Below, piece by piece: positions 15,541 through 23,586 of a DNA stretch of 33,514 nt. The stretch is from Candidatus Moraniibacteriota bacterium (GTDB taxonomy: Bacteria > Patescibacteriota > Minisyncoccia > Moranbacterales > GCA-2747515): positions 1-33,514 of the forward strand of contig JAGQLW010000017.1 of the NCBI GenBank assembly GCA_020428995.1. Direction: 5' to 3'. Each line of letters begins with the position of its first letter. The first letter of the stretch is position 1. Under the pieces are notes generated by a model. It worked only from the letters and a program-made list of their open reading frames with translations. It was not told where the DNA came from and did no database searches. A program made the translations under genes and the position numbers.

Positions 15541-16536
15541 ATGACAAGACAATTTGATCTTTCTATGGGGACGGTGTGGCGAATTTTTTTCATTATTGCG
15601 GTTATTGGGATTTTGTATGTTTTGCGTTCAGTGATTGCACTTTTTTGTATCGCATTTGTGATTTCTTCGGCGTGTGGTCCTGCTGTTTTGTGGATGCATA
15701 ATCGTCGTGTGCCACGACCACTTGCTGTTGGTGTTATCTACATTGTTTTTGCTTCCATTTTGGGACTTCTTTTTTCTTTTGTTGTGCCGTCTGTCGCAGA
15801 ACAAGTGTCTTCTTTTTCTCGTACAATTTCAGGAGATGCCTCTGCTGTTTCTCCCATTGTTGGTGTTTCGCCGCAGGAGATTCGACAGATTGTGCAGTCT
15901 TTTGGTGAGGCGTTGTCCTCTTCTTTTGGGGACATTCTTTCCAAAACGGTTGGTGTTTTTCAAGGATTGGTTGGGCTGATGGCTGTTGTGTCAATGTCTT
16001 TTTACTTGTCGCTTGATCCTGATGGTTTGCGACGTTTCCTTATTTCCATAACCCCAAAACGTTATCAAGATTATGTTGTTTCCTTGGCAACACGCATTCA
16101 ACAACAAATTGGTAAATGGATGTTGGGGCAATTGTTTGTGATGGTTCTTGTTGGTGTGTTGTATTATATTGTTCTGTCTCTTTTGGGGGTGCCGTACGCT
16201 CTTGTCTTGGCAATAATTGGTGGGCTTGTTGAGATTATTCCGTACATTGGTCCTGTTGTTGCTGGAGTTCCGGCTGTGTTGTTGGCATTTTTTATGGTGT
16301 CGCCGTGGACGTCTGTGATTGTCTTAGTCTCTTATATTTTGATTCAACAGGTTGAAAATCATGTGATCATCCCACAGATTATGCGTCGCGCGGTCGGACT
16401 TAATCCTTTGGTTGTCATTCTTTCTTTGTTGGTGGGTGCACAGCTTGGAGGTGTGTTGGGTATTTTACTCGCTGTCCCTGTGGCGACTGCTTTGAATGTG
16501 TTTCTACGTGATGTGTTTGATAAGAAAATGCCGTAG
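15541..16536 (+). CDS. AI-2E family transporter (PerM/UPF0118 permease)
   Basis: 331 aa and polytopic. It carries the characteristic IPYIGPV segment and a C-terminal VENHVIIPQIM segment. Confidence 0.75.
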   Translation: MTRQFDLSMGTVWRIFFIIAVIGILYVLRSVIALFCIAFVISSACGPAVLWMHNRRVPRPLAVGVIYIVFASILGLLFSFVVPSVAEQVSSFSRTISGDASAVSPIVGVSPQEIRQIVQSFGEALSSSFGDILSKTVGVFQGLVGLMAVVSMSFYLSLDPDGLRRFLISITPKRYQDYVVSLATRIQQQIGKWMLGQLFVMVLVGVLYYIVLSLLGVPYALVLAIIGGLVEIIPYIGPVVAGVPAVLLAFFMVSPWTSVIVLVSYILIQQVENHVIIPQIMRRAVGLNPLVVILSLLVGAQLGGVLGILLAVPVATALNVFLRDVFDKKMP

Positions 16537-16540
16537 TTCT

Positions 16541-16660
16541 AGGAATTATGCGTTTGGCACATTTCTTCGTTAAAATTTCGAAAAATCGACACAATATTAT
16601 ACATATTCCTTACTCTTTTTCTCGATTTTGCCTTGAACTGTACTCAAACGTATAATTCCC
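16541..16660 (+). repeat. R-element copy R9
   Basis: It starts 5 nt after the permease stop and ends 7 nt before the rsmI ATG. Outer helix is AGGAATTATGCGTTTG (16541-16556) / CAAACGTATAATTCC (16645-16659) with one G.T. It is a near-twin of R11 in the core (GGCACATTTCT..GTTAAAAT.TCGAAAAATCGAC). Confidence 0.85.
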
Positions 16661-16667
16661 TAATTTT

Positions 16668-17345
16668 ATGAATGATTCTTTTGGACAATTGTTTGTTGTT
16701 GCTACACCGATTGGAAATCTTTCAGATATGACTGTGCGTGGTTTGGAGACGCTTCGCAGTGTTGGTCTGATTGCGTGTGAAGATACGCGCGTAACAAAAA
16801 AGCTTCTTCGTCATTTTGAGATTGATGTTCCGACTGTATCGCTTCATCAACATTCTGATGATCGAAAAATTCAGAGTATTATTAATCGATTGTGTGAGGG
16901 AGGTGATGTCGCATATGTTACGGATGCTGGTACGCCTGGTGTGAGTGATCCGGGGAATCGTCTTGTGAGTGCGTGTGTTTCTTCGGGTATTCGTGTTGTG
17001 CCGATTCCTGGTGTTTCTGCTGTATTGGCTATTGTTTCAGTGTGTGGCGCGGATCTTCAGCGTTTTTTGTTTTTGTCATATCCTCCGCACAAGAAAGGGA
17101 GAGAAACTTTTTTTTCACGTGTTTGTGAAAGTGAGGTGCCTATTATATATTTTGATAGTGTTCATCGTGTTGTGAAGAATTTGGTTTTGTTATCTCAAAA
17201 AAAACCGGAGGCGCAGATCGTTCTTGGGCGTGAGCTTACGAAAATGCATGAGGAAATTGTGCGGGGTCGTGTTGATGAGGTGATTGCTTATTTTTCTGAA
17301 CATCCTGATCGTCTCAAAGGAGAGTTTGTTGTTGTGGTTTTGTAA
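16668..17345 (+). CDS. rsmI: 16S rRNA (cytidine1402-2'-O)-methyltransferase RsmI
   Basis: It carries LFVVATPIGNLSDMTVRGLETL....IACEDTRVTKKLL and GTPGVSDPG, and is 225 aa. Confidence 0.88.
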   Translation: MNDSFGQLFVVATPIGNLSDMTVRGLETLRSVGLIACEDTRVTKKLLRHFEIDVPTVSLHQHSDDRKIQSIINRLCEGGDVAYVTDAGTPGVSDPGNRLVSACVSSGIRVVPIPGVSAVLAIVSVCGADLQRFLFLSYPPHKKGRETFFSRVCESEVPIIYFDSVHRVVKNLVLLSQKKPEAQIVLGRELTKMHEEIVRGRVDEVIAYFSEHPDRLKGEFVVVVL

Positions 17346-17441
17346 TTTTTGAATATATTTTTGTTGTGTTTGTGTCGGATGCTTTTGCGTGGTAATGTTT
17401 TTTATTGTAAGTTTGATTGATTTTTTTATTTCTTTTGATTC

Positions 17442-18869
17442 ATGAAGAATTTTTATATTACAACAACTTTGCCGTATGTGAATTCTAGTCCTCATATTGG
17501 TTTTGCGTCGGAAATTGTTCAAGCGGATGTGTTGGCACGGTTTCATCGTTTGTATGGAGATGAAGTTGTTTTCAATACGGGGACTGATGAGCATGGTCAG
17601 AAAATTTTTCAAGTGGCTCAAGAAACTGGTGAGGATCCACAGGTATATTGTGACCGTTTTGCTGGGCAGTTTTTTGCACTTAAGGAGATGCTTAATTTGT
17701 CGTATACGCACTTTATTCGTACGACAGATGCTCATCATATGAAAGCAGCGCAGGAAATGTGGCGACGGTGTGATGCTCGTGGGGATATCTATAAAAAAAA
17801 TTATCGAGTGAAGTATTGTGTTGGGTGTGAGTTGGAGAAGACTGATTCCGAACTTGTGAATGGTCGTTGTCCGTTGCATCCAAATCGTGATTTGGAACTG
17901 ATTGAAGAAGAGAATTATTTTTTTCGCTTTTCCAAGTATCAAAAACCGCTTTTGGATTTGTATGAAAAATATCCGGACTTTGTTGTGCCGGAAAAACGTT
18001 TCAATGAGATTAAACGGTTTGTTGAAGGTGGTTTGGAAGATTTTTCCGTGTCGCGTTTGAAATCCAAAATGCCCTGGGGTGTTCCTGTTCCGGGTGATGA
18101 GAAACATGTGATGTATGTGTGGTTTGATGCACTTACAAATTATATTTCTACTCTTGGGTGGCCGGAGGATGAGAAAAATTTTGTCGATTTTTGGGGAAGT
18201 GTTCCAGAGCCAAACGCAATTCAAATTGCCGGCAAAGATAATTTGCGACAGCAAAGTGCGATGTGGCAGGCAATGCTTTTGTCTGCGGATCTTCCCTCAA
18301 GTCGTCAGATTTTCATTAATGGATTTATTACAGTTGATGGGCAGAAGATGAGCAAATCACTTGGTAATGTGATTGTGCCACAAGAAATGGTTGAGAAGTT
18401 TGGAGTGGATGGTGCGCGGTATTTACTTCTCACGATGGGTGCCTTTGGGGAAGACAATGATTTGACGTGGGAGCGGATGACGGAGAGGTATAATGCTGAT
18501 TTGGCAAATGGCTTGGGGAATCTTTTGTCCAGAGTTGTGACACTTGCAGGAGATTTGCCGTTTGATTTTGGTAAAATTACTTTTCCTGTTGATGATTCTT
18601 GGGATCGGATGATTTCTCATATGGATTATGGTCCGCTTCTTGGAATAGTCTGGATGACTGTTCGTGAGGCGAACCGTTTTGTTGATGAACAAAAGCCGTG
18701 GGAGCTCAAAAAGACTGATGCAGAGAAATTTGAGAGTGTGATGCGAAAATTGTTAGGCGATCTTTTTGAGGTTGCACATCTTCTAGAATCATTTTTGCCA
18801 CAGACGTCGGAGAAGATGAAACGTGCTTTGGAGACGCGAGAGAAGATTGCTTTGTTTGAAAGAGTTTGA
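17442..18869 (+). CDS. metG: Methionine--tRNA ligase (short form, no C-terminal tRNA-binding domain)
   Basis: A class I N-terminus reads ITTTLPYVNSSPHIGF (HIGH position reads HIGF). One knuckle CVGC...CPLH and KMSKS (GQKMSKSLGN) are present. Confidence 0.9.
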   Translation: MKNFYITTTLPYVNSSPHIGFASEIVQADVLARFHRLYGDEVVFNTGTDEHGQKIFQVAQETGEDPQVYCDRFAGQFFALKEMLNLSYTHFIRTTDAHHMKAAQEMWRRCDARGDIYKKNYRVKYCVGCELEKTDSELVNGRCPLHPNRDLELIEEENYFFRFSKYQKPLLDLYEKYPDFVVPEKRFNEIKRFVEGGLEDFSVSRLKSKMPWGVPVPGDEKHVMYVWFDALTNYISTLGWPEDEKNFVDFWGSVPEPNAIQIAGKDNLRQQSAMWQAMLLSADLPSSRQIFINGFITVDGQKMSKSLGNVIVPQEMVEKFGVDGARYLLLTMGAFGEDNDLTWERMTERYNADLANGLGNLLSRVVTLAGDLPFDFGKITFPVDDSWDRMISHMDYGPLLGIVWMTVREANRFVDEQKPWELKKTDAEKFESVMRKLLGDLFEVAHLLESFLPQTSEKMKRALETREKIALFERV

Positions 18870-18874
18870 GACTT

Positions 18875-19765
18875 ATGTTGATTGATACACACTGCCATTT
18901 GCATGATGGGAAGTATGACGCTGATCGCGAGGCAGTGCTTTTGCGAGCGCGTGAGTCTGGCGTTGAAAGGGTTGTGACGGTTGGAACGAGCGTGCGTGAA
19001 TCAGAGCAAGCTGTTTTTTGTGCCGAGAAACATGATAGTGTTTTTGCGACTGTTGGGCTTCATCCACATGTGTTTAATGGTGGTGCTTTTCGTGATTCTG
19101 AATGGGAGGAGGATTTGGGGTACTATGCTCAGGATGGTGAATCTGTTGTTTCTGAAGAGGTTAGAAGAGATGCGCTTGGCAAGTCTTTGTTGTCGTTGGA
19201 GAAGTTGATTGAATCGTCCTCTGAACATGTTGTTGCGGTTGGTGAAATTGGATTGGATTATTTTTCACACGATCCGAAGCGCGTCATTGATGAGGGTCAG
19301 CGGTTGTGGCAGCGAGAGGGTTTTTTGTCTCAGGTGAAGTTGGCGCAGAAGCATGATCTGCCTGTTGTTGTTCATTGTCGCGATGCCTATGATGATTTGC
19401 TTCATCTTTTCTCTTCTGGAGAAATTTCACGTTCTGAGCGTGTTGTGATTCATTGTCACATGGCGTCAGTGGAGCAGGCGAAACAGTTTTTGGATTCAGG
19501 AGTGTTTTTTTCGTTTACCGGAAATGTAACGTATAGCAAGCGGGATGATGACGAGATGAGTCGTGTCTTGCGTTTGGTTCCGCTTGAGCGTATGATGGTT
19601 GAAACTGATGGACCGTTTTTGACGCCTGTTCCACTTCGTGGACAGAGAAATGAACCGGCGTATGTGAGACATGTTGCCGAGCATATTTCGCGTGTTAAAA
19701 ACGTTCCTGTTGGTGATGTTGAGGCCGTGACAACGAAGAATGCACAGCAGTTTTTTGGAATATAA
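18875..19765 (+). CDS. tatD: TatD-family metal-dependent DNase/hydrolase
   Basis: It carries MLIDTHCHL, GEIGLDY, VVHCRDA and ETDGPFLTP. The start is set at ATG 18875, 6 nt after the metG stop. Confidence 0.88.
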   Translation: MLIDTHCHLHDGKYDADREAVLLRARESGVERVVTVGTSVRESEQAVFCAEKHDSVFATVGLHPHVFNGGAFRDSEWEEDLGYYAQDGESVVSEEVRRDALGKSLLSLEKLIESSSEHVVAVGEIGLDYFSHDPKRVIDEGQRLWQREGFLSQVKLAQKHDLPVVVHCRDAYDDLLHLFSSGEISRSERVVIHCHMASVEQAKQFLDSGVFFSFTGNVTYSKRDDDEMSRVLRLVPLERMMVETDGPFLTPVPLRGQRNEPAYVRHVAEHISRVKNVPVGDVEAVTTKNAQQFFGI

Positions 19766-19939
19766 GACCTACATGTTTGACAAACTTCTTTGTCGAACGC
19801 TCCAGTGCTCAACTTTTCGCTCGCGAGTGACGGGTCTCACCGGTGTATGTCTATATACACCTTGTTGTGCTCTTCGCGTTCTTCCTCGCCTCTATTCGAG
19901 TCGAAGCGGGTCGAATTTTATCCAAACGTGAAAGTCTTA
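19763..19939 (+). repeat. R-element copy R10 (177 nt, two internal insertions)
   Basis: The 5' arm TAAGACCTACATGTTTG (19763-19779) begins with the tatD TAA stop itself. The 3' arm is CAAACGTGAAAGTCTTA (19923-19939). The core is near-identical to R13 but has extra segments at about 19813-19838 and about 19888-19912 (M2-like TTCGAGTCGAAGCGGGTC). Confidence 0.8.
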
Positions 19940-19958
19940 GAATGTCGAAGTCTTTGAT

Positions 19959-19990
19959 AAAAAAAGCAGTCTTTCTGATTGAAAAGACCG
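19959..19990 (-). terminator. Intrinsic terminator for the minus-strand gene block
   Basis: On the minus strand the stem GTCTTT/AAAGAC (19969-19974 / 19983-19988) is followed by T7, the complement of the A-run at 19959-19965. It lies just downstream of the phosphatase gene end. Confidence 0.45.
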
Positions 19991-20007
19991 TCTTGAGAGT
20001 TGATTTT

Positions 20008-20720
20008 TTATTTTAAAGCGTCCACGGGTATACTTTTTTGTGAAAGTTTGTGTCCTGTGGAATCTGCTTCATAGCATACAATGCCGCAGTTTTGAGGGTT
20101 TGGACACGATATAGCGGTTTCATATGTCCATTCCTCTAATAAAAAGCGGATGTGCCACCGTGTGCGAATATAAAAACTCTTTTGTTGGCACATAGGCGTA
20201 ATATTACGTCGTGCCAGAAAATTCGTAGGCGCACAGCGACGTCTGCGAGACTTTCTCCGCCCGGTGGGCGAGCAAAAAAGGGCCTTTTTGTGTGGAAGTG
20301 TTCTTCAACGAATGGAAAAAAGTGGTTTGCTTCACTGTGTGTCATGTCATATATGAAACCTGGATCTCGTTCACGAAGGAGGAAATCCTGTGCTGTTTTG
20401 GTTTCTTGAAGTTCGTCATGACCATATGAAGAGAGCATTGCATCTATTGTCTGTGTCACCCGTTTATAACCAGAGTGGAAAATGAAATTGGGTATACCGA
20501 ATAGAGAATGAAATGGGGGGCTTATGCGGTGTGCGTGCTTTACTCCTTCGTCAGACAAAGAAATATTGTGATCCGGTGTGCCACGATAACGACCGCGTGA
20601 TTCTTCATCGGGAAAGTAAACAGATCCATTTTTAGTGGCGTTACGTACTGATTCTGCGTGGCGGATTAGTACAAGTAGTTTTGGTGTTGGGGAATTATCA
20701 AATATCGTGTCAACAATCAT
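20008..20720 (-). pseudogene. Histidine phosphatase superfamily (phosphoglycerate-mutase-like) gene, frameshifted near the C-terminus
   Basis: The N-terminal catalytic motif LVLIRHAES is present. The reading frame ends at ..FAHGGTSAFY*, whereas the overlapping ORF 20008..20193 continues in another frame with ..IRFLLEEWTYETAI...NCGIVCYE. That is the expected continuation after the HGG motif. Confidence 0.55.
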
Positions 20721-20775
20721 TGATGCGCACTTTTTTGTTTTGCTGAAAGTGGAATAAAGAGAACTAAGATCGATT

Positions 20776-21664
20776 TTATAGAGATATTGGAGAAAAATCA
20801 ATAATTATTGTTCCAGTGACGTGCAGACAACGGATTGTTGGGAAAAGTTTTTTTTGTGCGGTTTTTGCATGATCAATATTTTCAAAAATACCAATCATTG
20901 TTGATCCAGATCCTGTCATAAAGGATGCGCATGCGCCAGATTGGATTAGTCTAGATTTGATTTGTTTTAATTCTGGATACAGGGTGAATATGTGATTCTC
21001 AAAGTCATTGTGAAGGTGTTGGTATGTTATTGGTTTGTTTTGGTTTAATGTTTCGATTAGTTTTTTTGTAAGAAATACGTTTTGTCCTATTGTTTTATAA
21101 TTTATTGATGAGTATGCGTCTTTTGTGGAGACGCCGAAAAGGGGAAAAATAATTAAGAAGACGAAGCGTGTGTTTGTGTGAATCTTGAATATATCCATAC
21201 CGGCTTCGGAGTCAAACGCGGTTCCGCCATAAAAAAAAATATGGAACATCCATGCCGACCTGTCGTCCGAGAGATTTGATCTCATTTGGTGAAAGAGGAG
21301 TGTTGTAATAATTATAAAGGAGTTTCAAAACTGTCGCCGCATTGGATGAGCCTCCTGCAAGACCTCCTTCAGTAGGTATGTTCTTTTCAATATGAATGTG
21401 TATTGGTTTGGAAGTATTGTATTTCTTTCTAAAAATATCAATAGCTTTTATACAAGTATTTTTGTCATCTGTTGGTATTCGAGGGTCCGAGCAGGTGAGG
21501 GAGTCTTGATCGCTTTGTGTCAGATGTATGATGTCATACAGATCTATCATGTGTTTTATGATGCCCATTTCGTGGTATCCAGAATGTGGACTGTTGGTGA
21601 TCTTACGGATGATATCTGGGGAAAGCGTGATTCGTGCGTATGACTTTTCTTTAATTGTTTTCAT
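20776..21664 (-). pseudogene. ispE: 4-diphosphocytidyl-2-C-methyl-D-erythritol kinase (IspE), split by a frameshift in a T9 run
   Basis: The N-terminal ORF 21212..21664 carries the GHMP motif PTEGGLAGGSSNAA and ends ..GMDVPYFFLWRNRV*. The C-terminal ORF 20776..21285 reads ..FFYGGTAFDSEAG... and carries TGSGSTMIGIF. The two frames join at the homopolymer at 21231-21239. Confidence 0.75.
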
Positions 21665-21782
21665 GGCCGTATGAGATCATGCAAATAACAGAAATACCTT
21701 CACCTTTTCCACTTTTCCACATGCGGTGAGACCGTCACCGCTGGTTGCTGTATGCCGATCAATTTTTCTGAGAGATTGAGTA

Positions 21783-22937
21783 TTAGTGCGATATTTTTTT
21801 TATTTGTACGAATGATTTTTCGAGTTTTGGTCGTTTTGCTTCAATTGAAATCGACACATTGTTTATAGTGATATTTTTCTTTCTGAAGATATCTTTGACG
21901 TGTTTTACGTATCGCGTGCTATCGTTGATTCCTTGTTGATTCATTTCTGTGGCGTATACGCCGAGTGATCCTGTGCCACAGGCACTGCCGAGAGTATTGC
22001 ATAGTGCATGAAGAACAGCGTCACCATCTGATTCTCCGTCTAGGATTATTTCGTCTGAAAAAACCAGGCCGCCCAGAATTAGCCCTTTTTTTTGTTTTGC
22101 TGAAACGGTGGGAGTCCTGACCAATTGCAACGTATGTCGTGTGTTCTTTTTAATTAAAGTCTGAAAAATGATTAAATCTTCGGGGGTAGTGACTTTGAGG
22201 TTATCATAAGATCCTGGTGAGACACTAACATTAACACCAGTATTTTCAAGTAATGACATGTTATCGGTCCCAACGAATTTTTCTTTGATAGCTTTTTGAT
22301 GACACTCCAAGAAGGTTTGTTTGGAGGCGATTTGTGGTGTTTGAATGTGCCACAAGTTTTCACGTGGCATTGTGCTTGTTACTTACATCTTTTTATCTGT
22401 TTGTTTTATGGTGTCTTTTACTGGAACTGCTAGGGTTACACCCTCATTTTCTTTTAATGTTGATAAGGCGTTGTTGATGTCTTTTGGGTGTACGAAGGGT
22501 TGTGCGCCATCGTGGATCATGACAATGCCGTCGTTGGCTGCGTGTACACCAGTATACGAAGATTTTTGACGTGTGTCACCTCCTGTGAGTATATGGCGTA
22601 CTTTGGTGAAGGAGTGTTTTTGTACTAGATTGTGGAAAGTTTTTTGATCGTTTTTGTTTACAGTATACGAAGATTTTTGACGTGTGTCACCTCCTGTGAG
22701 TATATGGCGTACTTTGGTGAAGGAGTGTTTTTGTACTAGATTGTGGAAAGTTTTTTGATCGTTTTTGTTTACTACGAGTATGATGTTGTTAACATACTTG
22801 CGTTGTTCAAAGATGTTAATGGTGTAGTATATGAGTGGTTTTTTAAAGCTGTACAGTAGTTTGTTGTAGTCAAGACCCATTCGTGCGCCAGCGCCTGCAC
22901 ATAGAATTATGGCTGTTATGTGTTCATATGATTTCAT
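21783..22937 (-). pseudogene. ispDF: Fused IspD/IspF (MEP cytidylyltransferase / MEcPP synthase-like) gene, interrupted by an in-frame TAA and carrying a 111-bp tandem duplication
   Basis: The IspD N-terminus reads ITAIILCAGAGARMG. The frame reads ..VPVKDTIKQTDKKM-TAA-VTSTMPRENLWHIQTPQ.., continuous apart from the stop at 22383-22385. The C-terminal part is IspF-like (LILGG....ESDGDAVLHAL) but lacks expected metal ligands and ends early. Confidence 0.65.
22551..22772. repeat. Perfect 111-bp tandem duplication (2 units) inside ispD
   Basis: Unit 22551-22661 is repeated identically at 22662-22772. This duplicates 37 codons in frame (VNKNDQKTFHNLVQKHSFTKVRHILTGGDTRQKSSYT twice). Confidence 0.95.
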
Positions 22938-22971
22938 GGGAAAAAATTTCTCACCATATTTTATGATTTAT

Positions 22972-22998
22972 TTGACCTGTATATTCTAGAAGTATAAA
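22972..22998 (+). promoter_or_regulatory. Candidate promoter TTGACC-15 nt-TATAAA ahead of the hypothetical gene and ATPase operon
   Basis: The -35-like hexamer is at 22972-22977 and the -10-like hexamer at 22993-22998. The spacer is short, so the call is weak. Confidence 0.25.
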
Positions 22999-23157
22999 AC
23001 AAAAGGCGTGACAATTGAAATGTAACTTTTTTGAGTGTTTTTTTGGAGTGGCGTGGCTTTGCCTTGCACTTTGCTTTGTTTGGGTTTATTCTGTTTTTGT
23101 CCGTAGTTCTTTGGAGTATAGAATTTTTTGTCTACACTTTCGTGGGAGGTGGTGTTA

Positions 23158-23510
23158 TGAGTGCTGATGTGGTTTATGATCGGAGGCCTATTTCTGATCT
23201 TGGTGAATCCGTCCGGCGCACGATTATTGATCGTGCGTGTGAATGGGTGATCCGTCATTGTTATGGTGGGCATCTCCCGTCGCATGTTTCTGTTTCTCAT
23301 GTTTTTTTGGATGAGAGTTATGGTTTGCGTGAATATGAGGCTGCTTCGCGTGATATTCTCTTCGTGTTCGCTGTTTTTAATAGTGCTCTTTATTCCGTTC
23401 GTGTGATTCATGGTTTTGGGTGTCCTTGGGATGATTCCTCGTTTTCTGTCAAAAAGGTTGGCGCATCGTTTCAGGTGTCTGATTCTGTTAATGACGATGT
23501 TCCTGCGTGA
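23158..23510 (+). CDS. Hypothetical protein (117 aa)
   Basis: The ATG at 23158 is preceded by GGAGG (23146-23150) at 7-nt spacing. Codon and amino-acid composition match the other + strand genes. I recognise no family motif. Confidence 0.5.
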
Positions 23511-23586
23511 TTTTTTTTCAATGTTGCCAAGTGTAAAAAACGGTGCTATGATTAGTACCGTTTTCATTTACTTATTTTTTTTTCTT

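Noticed and set aside
21723-21741. A perfect 7-bp hairpin GCGGTGA/TCACCGC in the ispE-ispDF spacer.
   Set aside because: It has no flanking T-tract on either strand and no repeat elsewhere in the window. It may be a remnant of the truncated IspF C-terminus and is not distinctive enough to report.
22383-22385. The in-frame TAA in ispDF as evidence of an alternative genetic code.
   Set aside because: TAA terminates many well-delimited + strand genes in this window at positions matching full-length homologues. No other gene needs stop-codon readthrough, and TGA and TAG also behave as stops.
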